NCBI GenBank assembly: GCA_902783315.1
Contig: CACZQK010000019.1
Location: 1 to 51,863 of the forward strand
DNA from: an uncultured Erysipelotrichaceae bacterium
Lineage (GTDB): Bacteria; Bacillota_I; Bacilli_A; RF39; UBA660
DNA: 51,863 bases
Reading direction: 5' to 3'
Each line of letters opens with the position of its first letter. The stretch's first letter is position 1. Below are positions 1 to 8,220 of this stretch, one piece after another. The notes beneath the pieces were generated by a model, which did no database searches, had not been told where the DNA came from, and saw nothing but the letters and a program-made list of their open reading frames with translations. A program made the translations under genes and the position numbers.

Positions 1-585
1 GTTATCTTCAAAGTCTTTAACATCAACATATTTTGAAGTATACAAATCAGAAGTCGCAGAGTTTTCATTCAAAGTATCTGCCATCATTTCCTTTATATCG
101 GGTAAGTCACTCGTAGAAGCCAATCCAAAATAATCCAAAAACTCATTTGTTGTTTCATACAAAATAGGTCTACCAGGCATATCACTCCGACCACTTTCTT
201 TTATAAAACCTTTAGCAACAAGTTTTCGAATAATAGATGTTGAACCTACTCCTCTAATAGCGTCTACCTGAATCCTCGTAATAGGTTCATTATATGCAAT
301 AATAGCTAAAGTCTCAAGGGCTGCTTGTGATAAAGAATTAGTTTCTGGATTTTCTATTAATTTTTGATAATAGGATTTATGTTCAAATTTTGTAGTTAAT
401 TTAAAACGATTCCCTAAAAAATCAATTCGCAAGCCACGGTGCTCATCTTCATAATCTTTTTTTAGTTCCATAATTAATTTTTTAGACTCTTCTTCATTTA
501 TCTCTAAAACTTCTTCAATTTGTTGAAGAGTTAACCCATCTTCACCAACAACAAACAAAAGACCTTCTAGTATTGCTTTATTCAT
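1..585 (-). CDS. scpB: SMC-Scp complex subunit ScpB (3' end runs off window)
   Basis: Manually translated: MNKAILEGLLFVVGEDGL...LSQAALETLAIIAYNEPITRIQVDAIRGV...GRPILYETT; overlaps scpA stop. Confidence 0.95.
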   Translation of the reverse strand, partial: MNKAILEGLLFVVGEDGLTLQQIEEVLEINEEESKKLIMELKKDYEDEHRGLRIDFLGNRFKLTTKFEHKSYYQKLIENPETNSLSQAALETLAIIAYNEPITRIQVDAIRGVGSTSIIRKLVAKGFIKESGRSDMPGRPILYETTNEFLDYFGLASTSDLPDIKEMMADTLNENSATSDLYTSKYVDVKDFEDN

Positions 586-1306
586 TAGCACACACCTCAC
601 ATATAATATCATCAAAAGCATCATTTTGAGTAACAATAATTTGTTTATTTCGAGTCATTTCTAAAATAGCCAAAAAAGTAGCTATTACATATTCTTTGGT
701 TTGAACTGGAAACAATTCAAAAAAGGAAATTTTTGGTTTCTTTTTTAATATATTTTTAATATCATAAATTCTAGAAGAAACACTAATTTCTTTAACAGTA
801 ACCTTAGTATTTAAAGGCTTAGAACCTGCTTTTCTCTGACAGTATTTTTGAAAAGCTTGTATTAAATCATCCAAAGTAGCATTGCAATGAATCTCCTTTA
901 TTTCCTCAACATAGTTTTGGATATTCTCAGGAGATTTTGTATAAATATCTTTTCTTAAACTTTCCTTTTCTTGTAAAACCTTTGTAATATCTTTATAAGC
1001 TTGATACTCTAATAATCGATTAATCAATTGATCTTTAGGATTTTCAACTTCTTCATCATCTAAAGAATCATCTTTATTATTAGGAATCAACATATGAGAT
1101 TTTATTTCTAAAAGTTCAGCTGCTAAAACCAAATATTCTGAAGAAACTTCTAAATTCAATTTTTCTTGCTCATTTAAAAAATCAACATATTGTTGAGTAA
1201 TAGACTCAATCTCAATATCCATGATATCCATTTTAGACTTCTTAATAAGATGAAGAAGTAAATCTAATGGTCCTTCAAAATCATGAATTCGAAATTCCAT
1301 TTCCAT
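578..1306 (-). CDS. scpA: Segregation and condensation protein A
   Basis: FEGPLDLLLHLI N-terminal motif, ATFLAILEM C-terminal motif, adjacent to scpB. Confidence 0.96.
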   Translation of the reverse strand: MEMEFRIHDFEGPLDLLLHLIKKSKMDIMDIEIESITQQYVDFLNEQEKLNLEVSSEYLVLAAELLEIKSHMLIPNNKDDSLDDEEVENPKDQLINRLLEYQAYKDITKVLQEKESLRKDIYTKSPENIQNYVEEIKEIHCNATLDDLIQAFQKYCQRKAGSKPLNTKVTVKEISVSSRIYDIKNILKKKPKISFFELFPVQTKEYVIATFLAILEMTRNKQIIVTQNDAFDDIICEVCANE

Positions 1307-1445
1307 AAAACCACCTACTATAAAAAAATTATATCACAAAAAAAAGAAAAAAGTATTTTCTTACGAAAAACACTTTATCTTTCTATTAAAATTAAATATT
1401 TGACCTTCATATCTACAAATCATCACAAAAGAAATTTAAACCTCT

Positions 1446-2459
1446 TTACATAGTTTTTTTTAATTGATTAGCACATTCTTTTGTTGGATTAAGAAAACAA
1501 TTCATAACTTGCTGCGCTTTTCCTAAAGAATCAATAATAAGACGCTTATCCGACTCAGAAATAGGACCTAGTAAATTAATATCACGTTCTATTATATTTT
1601 TTCCACTACCAGACTCAATATAAATAGTATTTTCATTGTTTAAAACTCTATGTTTCACAAATAAGCCATCACCCTCAAAAGAAAAAGCTTCATCATCACC
1701 TGTTTCATAACTTACACGAACAGGTCTATTTGGACATTCTTCATTTGGAAAAGAAACAGAACTCTTTAATCCATTATTTGAAACAAAGACAGACAAATTT
1801 TCATAAAAACTTGAATCCTTATTCATAATTTGCAAAACAGTTGAAGCAAATCGATAAATATTAGCACCACAATTCTCTAATGTCGGCATAAAAGTCATTA
1901 AACATTCAGTGGGTAAAAATTGAACATTTCTTAGTAAAGAAGAATTTACCTCCCCAACAAACCCATCATAATTTTCAAACAACGCCAGTCCATCAACAGT
2001 TTCCAAAGAATAATCCCCAAGTAAAAGCATACAATACAAGAGTGCTCGCCAATTAGTAATGGTAATATAAGTAAAATATTTATTGCTATAACATCTTTTA
2101 AGTATTCTGCTTATTAGTTTTCTTTCTTGAATTTCCTCACTTAAAGGAGATAATTTTTTAGTTCCTAGTTCTAATAATTTTGAGGCATGCCTATCCTCGA
2201 CAATATTACTTGTTGTCATATTTCCATCTTTAGGGCCATTCTCCATAAGACAATGTATAACTTCCCACGGAATTTTCCCAATAATTTTAGCAGTCACGCA
2301 TCCATAAGGCGTTTCTTCAGAAAAAATGCTAAAATTTGAAAAAGAATAATAATAGTGTTTAAACATTTCTGTTCCTTTATATGAAATATCCTCACGCTTT
2401 TCTAAAACAAGATCAAAACCTAATAAATCCATGACTTTTTCATATTCAATATATGTCAT
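1446..2459 (-). CDS. Hypothetical protein (orphan, 337 aa)
   Basis: Long ORF with GGGAGG RBS; no recognisable family motif. Confidence 0.75.
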   Translation of the reverse strand: MTYIEYEKVMDLLGFDLVLEKREDISYKGTEMFKHYYYSFSNFSIFSEETPYGCVTAKIIGKIPWEVIHCLMENGPKDGNMTTSNIVEDRHASKLLELGTKKLSPLSEEIQERKLISRILKRCYSNKYFTYITITNWRALLYCMLLLGDYSLETVDGLALFENYDGFVGEVNSSLLRNVQFLPTECLMTFMPTLENCGANIYRFASTVLQIMNKDSSFYENLSVFVSNNGLKSSVSFPNEECPNRPVRVSYETGDDEAFSFEGDGLFVKHRVLNNENTIYIESGSGKNIIERDINLLGPISESDKRLIIDSLGKAQQVMNCFLNPTKECANQLKKTM

Positions 2460-2749
2460 AAAAACCTCCCTAACAACATTTTCTTATTTTAACATATTCA
2501 TAAATTTAGTTTTAAAGCAAAAAACAATTTATTAAATTATTCCCCTATTTTCAACTTAAAGACAACTCATAAAATAATAATACATTTTATAACCCAAAAA
2601 TAATATTAATTATTACCCATATAATTAAATTATTTAATCTTCAATATAAAAATTCTTTTTACTGATTAATTATTATAACATACATTTCTATTTTTAAAGA
2701 AAAAATTTCTTTATAATTAAAAATATACTATAATAATGGTGGTGATTAT

Positions 2750-3052
2750 ATGAAACATTTTAGTGAAAAAGATGAAGGATTTATTTGTGAAAACTGCCAA
2801 AAAGAGGTCTTACCATTAGGATATTCATCAAGAGACCACTGTCCATATTGCTTATATTCAAAACATGTTGATATTAATCCAGGAGATAGAAAAAACCTTT
2901 GTAAAGGATTATTAAAACCGATTCAATTAGAAAAATATCGCGATACCTATAAAATTATTTACGAATGCCAAAGTTGCAAAGAACTTCATAAAAATATTAT
3001 TGCTAAAGATGACAATATGGATGAAATAATCAAAGTATCTAAAATAAACTAA
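2750..3052 (+). CDS. RNHCP domain (zinc-binding) protein
   Basis: F-x-CENC, SRDHCPYCLYSKHVD-x2-PGDR, CQSC motifs. Confidence 0.9.
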   Translation: MKHFSEKDEGFICENCQKEVLPLGYSSRDHCPYCLYSKHVDINPGDRKNLCKGLLKPIQLEKYRDTYKIIYECQSCKELHKNIIAKDDNMDEIIKVSKIN

Positions 3053-3086
3053 AAAAACTTTCCACAGATTTTGTGGAAAGTTTTTT
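3051..3086. terminator. Bidirectional intrinsic terminator
   Basis: AAAAAACTTTCCACA-gatt(t)-TGTGGAAAGTTTTTT hairpin between convergent genes. Confidence 0.88.
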
Positions 3087-4041
3087 AAATATCAATCCTT
3101 TTTGCATGAATAACTTTACGGCCTTTATTATCATCAGTACAAGTGGACAAAGTAATAATTTTATCATCAGATGTCACCTCAAGTCCAAAGTCGTAATTAC
3201 TTCTAGATTTTAGTATATTTAAAAACTCTTGATAATCACTATCACGATAAAAATTAGTTTGTAAATAATATATTTCAGGATTAATGTAGTAGCAAGAAAA
3301 AACTTGATAAACATAACGAACTTTTTCTGTCCTTACAACAATATAATGATTTGAATTTTTAAACCACTTATCTGTAAAAGCATTAGATAAACTTCCAAAC
3401 GCCGTCTTATTTAACAAATTATGTCCATAAAAAATAGTATTATTATCAATTAAATCTGCTGAATTTCTATAATCCATAAACACCCAACCACTTGCTTTTG
3501 GATTTTTCTTAATATCGTGATTTAAATAAAAATCATTATCATCTGTTTGCACAACCGGATAATTTACATTGGTTCCATCGACCATAATCCAAGCTTTGAC
3601 TTCATCATTTGTTTGTTTTAACCCTGAAAAATCAACCTGATTAATATCCATTTTTCCATACTTTCTAAATAAATTAACTTCATTATCATTATATGTTTCT
3701 TTATCACTAGCTATGGACTTTTCTTGTACAACGTCTTCTTGAATAATTTCTTTATCAACATATTTTATATCACTTTTATCAACATAAAAATAAGAATGTA
3801 GAAAAACCCCAACATAGAAAAAGAAAACAATCATCAAGAAAGCAACAGGATTAGCCTGTTCTTTTTTAAAATAATTCTTCATTTTGGTAAAAGCTGACAA
3901 ATGAAATATTTTTTCAAAAAAAAGCGAAATCACATAAAAATAGAAAAAGAAACCTTTTGAAAAGACAAGACATATATAATAAAATCCAACTTGAATAGAC
4001 TCAAAAAAATTTTTAAAAACATTTTTTATGAAACTCATCAC
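3085..4041 (-). CDS. srtB: Class B sortase with extended hydrophobic N-terminus
   Basis: NYPVVQ-x-DDNDFYL, FMDYRN, IFYGHN, catalytic TLSTC...R. Confidence 0.9.
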   Translation of the reverse strand: MMSFIKNVFKNFFESIQVGFYYICLVFSKGFFFYFYVISLFFEKIFHLSAFTKMKNYFKKEQANPVAFLMIVFFFYVGVFLHSYFYVDKSDIKYVDKEIIQEDVVQEKSIASDKETYNDNEVNLFRKYGKMDINQVDFSGLKQTNDEVKAWIMVDGTNVNYPVVQTDDNDFYLNHDIKKNPKASGWVFMDYRNSADLIDNNTIFYGHNLLNKTAFGSLSNAFTDKWFKNSNHYIVVRTEKVRYVYQVFSCYYINPEIYYLQTNFYRDSDYQEFLNILKSRSNYDFGLEVTSDDKIITLSTCTDDNKGRKVIHAKRIDI

Positions 4042-4181
4042 AAAACTTCCTCATCTATAAGCCTACCTTTGTCTAAAATCAGTCTCTTCTTCTTATTTTT
4101 TCGTTCGGAAATAAGCACAATAATACCAGTAAGAAATGACAAAACTAAAACAACAATAAATATCACATATACAGTATACAT
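4038..4181 (-). CDS. 47-aa single-pass membrane microprotein
   Basis: GAGGTGA RBS before ATG 4181; MYTVYVIFIVVLVLSFLTGIIVLISERKNKKK...DEEVL; stop overlaps srtB start. Confidence 0.65.
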   Translation of the reverse strand: MYTVYVIFIVVLVLSFLTGIIVLISERKNKKKRLILDKGRLIDEEVL

Positions 4182-4272
4182 TAGGCTCACCTCTATCTTC
4201 TTACCTATATTATATATGATTTTAGAAAAAAATAGAAAAAAAATAGAAATTTTTTCTGATTTTACATGTAAA

Positions 4273-4623
4273 TCAATCAAGGGGTTTAAAAATCAAAGCT
4301 GCAAAAAATGCACATATGATAGCCGCACTAATACCAGTAGCAGTTAAATCAAACATGCCCATAAAAATACCTATAATACCTAAACTTTCAGCTTTAGCTA
4401 AAGCACCATGAACAAGAGAATGACCAAAACTAGTAATTGGTAATAATGCTCCCCCTCCTACATATTTAATAAATTTATCATAAATACTGAATGAATCTAG
4501 AAAAGCTCCAAATACTACTAAAAGAGACGTAATATGTCCTGGAGTTAATTTTGTATTATCCAAAATTATTTGAGAAATCATACAAATCATCCCACAAAAT
4601 AGAAACGAATTAAATAACAACAT
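4273..4623 (-). CDS. spoVAE: Stage V sporulation protein AE (SpoVAEb-like)
   Basis: F-x2-GMIC-x-ISQIILD-x-TKLTPGHI, LPITSFGHSL; third gene of spoVA cluster; start set at GGAGG RBS. Confidence 0.9.
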   Translation of the reverse strand: MLLFNSFLFCGMICMISQIILDNTKLTPGHITSLLVVFGAFLDSFSIYDKFIKYVGGGALLPITSFGHSLVHGALAKAESLGIIGIFMGMFDLTATGISAAIICAFFAALIFKPLD

Positions 4624-5615
4624 TAAACCGCCTCCAAACTTATTGCATGGCAAATAGAATTAATATTTTCTTTTTGATATAAAAAAACTGGTGAGAACAA
4701 AGCCCCTGTTGCTAATAAAAGCACTCTTCGTAATTTCTTTCTCTTTAATTGATCATATATATAAGAATAAGCAACTAAGGCGCTACAAACTGGCCCACTT
4801 CCACCAGCTTTAATTTCTTTTTGATAGTTTAAATCATATAACATAACTCCACAATCATCGTAATTATAATCCAAATCAACATTGTAATAAGATAACATAT
4901 AATCTTTTAGAATTTCCTTACCATATACCCCTAAGTCACCTGTAACAATCAAATCATAATATTCTGGACTCCTTCCAGTATCTTTAAAATGTTGAGCTAA
5001 TGTTTCAATAGCAGCAGGAGCCATAACTCTCCCCATGTCATTAGGATCATTTTGCTCATAATCTATAATCTTTCCTAAAGTAGCACAATCAATTTTAACC
5101 TCTGTCTCTTCATTTGTTAAAAAAGCTGCTGCTGCACCAGTTGATGTAAAAGTCGCACTATTAGGTCTTGGAGCTCCATACTCAGTTGGATATCGAAATT
5201 GCTTTTCACTAGTCATATTATGGGAAGAAACTAAACAAATAGAATTAGAAACAGCTTTACTTTCAATAAAATTAGCAGCAACAATAAGTCCCAAGACACT
5301 ACTACTACAAGCACCATATATCCCAATAAAACTTTTGCCAACTCCACAACATCCATAGGTAGAAGCAGCAATTTGATTTAATAAATCACCACCAATTACC
5401 AGATCAACATTTTTTTTAGAAATACCAACTTTTTTCATAATCATAACTAAAGCATCTCGAACTAGTTTAATTTCTGCCTTTTCAAAAGATTTTTCACCAA
5501 AATAGAAATCGGAATATGTTTTATCAAAAAATTTATAGAGCGGTCCAGCTTTTTCATATGGACCAACAATAGTAGCTGTATCATCCAAAAAAACGTTGTT
5601 ATAAAAAAAAGTCAT
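4623..5615 (-). CDS. spoVAD: Stage V sporulation protein AD (DPA-binding, thiolase-like fold)
   Basis: GDLLNQ, YGACS, EKQFRYPTEYG, MAPAA, TGDLG, GGSG, ATGAL motifs. Confidence 0.95.
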   Translation of the reverse strand: MTFFYNNVFLDDTATIVGPYEKAGPLYKFFDKTYSDFYFGEKSFEKAEIKLVRDALVMIMKKVGISKKNVDLVIGGDLLNQIAASTYGCCGVGKSFIGIYGACSSSVLGLIVAANFIESKAVSNSICLVSSHNMTSEKQFRYPTEYGAPRPNSATFTSTGAAAAFLTNEETEVKIDCATLGKIIDYEQNDPNDMGRVMAPAAIETLAQHFKDTGRSPEYYDLIVTGDLGVYGKEILKDYMLSYYNVDLDYNYDDCGVMLYDLNYQKEIKAGGSGPVCSALVAYSYIYDQLKRKKLRRVLLLATGALFSPVFLYQKENINSICHAISLEAV

Positions 5616-6055
5616 CTTACCCCTCCTATAATAAATCGAATCATTCCAAAAAACCAAGCAGAAAGGACTCCATATAAAATAACATTCCCAGCTAATTTAA
5701 ACATATTAGAACCAATTCCATAAATAAAACCCTCTCTTTTATAATCCAAACTACTACTAGTCATAGAATGCGCAAATCCAGTAATAGGAATTAATAGCCC
5801 ACATTTTAATTTAGTAACCCATTTATCAAAGAAACCAAAAGCAGTAAATAAGCTAGCAAAAAAAATAAAAAATACAATCATAAAAGTTGAAGCTTCTACT
5901 CGACTCATTCCCATCACATAACAGAGAAGTTGAATAATAACTTCCGCTAAAAGTCCCATCATTCCCCCACTAAAAAAAGCAATTAAAGCGTTTTTTAATC
6001 TTGCTTTTGGTGCTTTATGAGAATTAGCTATTTTCTCATATCTTGTATTTCGCAT
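5612..6055 (-). CDS. spoVAC: Stage V sporulation protein AC
   Basis: IPITGFAHSM, EGFIYGIGSNMFKLAG-x-VILYG. Confidence 0.93.
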   Translation of the reverse strand: MRNTRYEKIANSHKAPKARLKNALIAFFSGGMMGLLAEVIIQLLCYVMGMSRVEASTFMIVFFIFFASLFTAFGFFDKWVTKLKCGLLIPITGFAHSMTSSSLDYKREGFIYGIGSNMFKLAGNVILYGVLSAWFFGMIRFIIGGVR

Positions 6056-6071
6056 TATCATCACCTAAATA

Positions 6072-6100
6072 TAGAATAACCTTTTAAAAAAAATTTATTC
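6072..6100 (-). promoter_or_regulatory. Possible forespore (SigF/SigG-type) promoter for spoVA
   Basis: GAATA-N14-GGTTATTCTA on minus strand, near the SigF consensus GYATA-N15-GGnnAnAHTR (spacer 1 nt short). Confidence 0.35.
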
Positions 6101-6115
6101 AAAAAAAAACTAAGG

Positions 6116-6733
6116 TCATAAATTTTCCCTAAGTTTTTGAAGTATTTTTGCCTCTTTACGAGAAACCTGCACTTGACTTATCCCTAATACATTAGAAGTC
6201 TCACTTTGAGTAAGATCTTCATAATATCTAGCAATAATAAGCTTTCTCTCACTATCAGAAAGTTTTTCAAGTTCTAAATGTAAATCTAAAATAGCAGGAT
6301 CCATTGCAGTATCATCATAAGATCTATATTTTTCACAACTATCATCTAAAGAATCAATATCACTAGTTGCTAAAATTGCTTGATCAATTAATTTTTCATC
6401 TACATCTAAAAACAACGCAACCTCCAAATTTGTAGGTTCTCGCCCCAATCTCTGCATCATAACATCTTTTGCTTTCAAAATTTGATTTTTTAGTTGTAAA
6501 AAGCTTTTTCCGACTTTTAAACCCTTACTTTGACGAATATATTTATTTATTTCTCCAACAATATAATAATAAGCAAAACTAGAAAATTTAGTTCCAAACT
6601 CTTTTTTATAATGTTTAAATGCATCCATCAGACCAAGCATAGAAACCTGATACAAATCTTCCAAATCATATCGATTAGAATATTTATTGATAATACTGTA
6701 TATTAACCCCTCATATTCTAAAAGCTTTTCCAT
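6116..6733 (-). CDS. sigF: Sporulation sigma factor, SigF-like, short N-terminus
   Basis: EDLYQV..GL, KFSSFA...I-x-GEI, LGREPT, and RYYEDLTQSE-x4-LGISQVQVSR (SigF-type rather than SigG QAQVSR); upstream of spoVA. Confidence 0.8.
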   Translation of the reverse strand: MEKLLEYEGLIYSIINKYSNRYDLEDLYQVSMLGLMDAFKHYKKEFGTKFSSFAYYYIVGEINKYIRQSKGLKVGKSFLQLKNQILKAKDVMMQRLGREPTNLEVALFLDVDEKLIDQAILATSDIDSLDDSCEKYRSYDDTAMDPAILDLHLELEKLSDSERKLIIARYYEDLTQSETSNVLGISQVQVSRKEAKILQKLRENL

Positions 6734-6785
6734 TATCCTCCTTTCTAAAAACAGAATAACGAAAATAAAAAAAACAATCTACCAA

Positions 6786-6818
6786 TTCGACAAAACAACA
6801 AAAAAAAAGTGTTCGACA
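6786..6818 (-). promoter_or_regulatory. Two Spo0A (0A) boxes
   Basis: Perfect TGTCGAA on minus strand at 6786-6792 and 6812-6818, upstream of sigF. Confidence 0.75.
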
Positions 6819-6831
6819 AAAAACACCTTTT
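6800..6831 (-). terminator. Intrinsic terminator of nrd-trxB-dut operon
   Basis: AAAAGGTGTT-loop-AACACTTTTTTTT immediately after dut stop. Confidence 0.6.
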
Positions 6832-7291
6832 AAACATCTGTAGAACCAAATCCACCCTTTCTTACATTACTAGAGCTGTCATTATCACAAACTAAATACT
6901 TTGTAAACATCACTTGAGCAATAACGTCTCCTTTTTTTATATGAAGTTCTCGATTGCTACAATTAAATACTTGAATCATGAAATGGCCATCATTAGTAGA
7001 ATTTTCATAATAATCAGCATCAATAAGTCCAAATCCATGAGGCATAACAAGTCCTTTTTTAGGTCCACTAGACCGATTTATTAGAAAATAACATTCATCA
7101 TCTTGACAATAAGCTTTCAAGCCTGTTGAAATCAAGGTTGGTTCTATTCCAGGAGTATAAACAGGAACAATAATATCTTCGGCAGCTTCAATATCATATG
7201 CCGCTGAATGAGCTGTCTTACGAACAGGAATATGAATATCTTTATCTTCCCATCCTTTTACTATTTCAAAACCTCTAACTCGTGCCTTCAT
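6830..7291 (-). CDS. dut: dUTP diphosphatase (trimeric dUTPase)
   Basis: SAAYDI, RSS, GLIDADYY, IAQ, RKGGFGST motifs. Confidence 0.95.
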   Translation of the reverse strand: MKARVRGFEIVKGWEDKDIHIPVRKTAHSAAYDIEAAEDIIVPVYTPGIEPTLISTGLKAYCQDDECYFLINRSSGPKKGLVMPHGFGLIDADYYENSTNDGHFMIQVFNCSNRELHIKKGDVIAQVMFTKYLVCDNDSSSNVRKGGFGSTDV

Positions 7292-7299
7292 TACAATCC

Positions 7300-8217
7300 C
7301 TAAATAGTACCAACTAATTTTGCTTCGTTTTCTAAATAATGAATAGCAAAATTAGCAGCTTCTGCACCATCTGATACAGCCGTTGTTAATTGTCTAAGAT
7401 TTTTATTTCGACAATCTCCTGCAACAAAGATTCCTTGTTCTGCAGTTGTACAATCATCGCTCAAAATATATTTTTTATCACTTAAAGGCAATATATTTTG
7501 AACTAAAGAAGTTTCAGCATTCATACCAATTGATAAAAACATTCCTTGAACTTTCAAATTATGACGTTCCCCATCTTTTTCAAAAACAATTTCCTCTAAT
7601 TCATCTTCACCCTTTATTTCAACAACACTAGAATGATACAAAATTTCTACGTTTTCTTTTTCTTGCAACCCATCAAATAATGCTTTCTCACATCTTAACT
7701 TACTACCATGATAAATTAAATAAACCTTTCTACACAAATTAGACATATATAAAGCATTAGTAACAGCTGTATTAGCACCACCTACAATAGCAACATCCAA
7801 TCCCTTGAAAAAAGCACCATCACAAGATGTACAAAAAGAAATTCCTTTTCCAATAAACTTTTCTTCATTCGGCAAATTTAAGAGTCTATGCTTTGCACCA
7901 GTAGCAATAATAACTGTTTTAGCTTGATATTCACCATCATCAGTAATTATTGTTTTCACTTTGCCAGGCTTAATATCAAGAACCTCTTCAATAACAATAT
8001 CAACACCTAAATTAACTGCTTGTTCATATAAATTACTAGCAAAATCCGCACCATTTATAGAAATAAAACCTGGAAAATTTTGAATAGAAGGTGTAGACGC
8101 AATCTGCCCACCTATACACTCTCTTTCAAAAATAATAGTCTTTAAATTAGCTCTAGCACAGTAGATACCTGCCGTAATACCAGCAGGTCCTCCACCAATA
8201 ATCATAACATCATACAT
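7300..8217 (-). CDS. trxB: Thioredoxin-disulfide reductase
   Basis: GGGPAG, ATGA, SFCTSCDG active site, GGANTA, FVAGD. Confidence 0.93.
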   Translation of the reverse strand: MYDVMIIGGGPAGITAGIYCARANLKTIIFERECIGGQIASTPSIQNFPGFISINGADFASNLYEQAVNLGVDIVIEEVLDIKPGKVKTIITDDGEYQAKTVIIATGAKHRLLNLPNEEKFIGKGISFCTSCDGAFFKGLDVAIVGGANTAVTNALYMSNLCRKVYLIYHGSKLRCEKALFDGLQEKENVEILYHSSVVEIKGEDELEEIVFEKDGERHNLKVQGMFLSIGMNAETSLVQNILPLSDKKYILSDDCTTAEQGIFVAGDCRNKNLRQLTTAVSDGAEAANFAIHYLENEAKLVGTI

Positions 8218-8220
8218 ATA

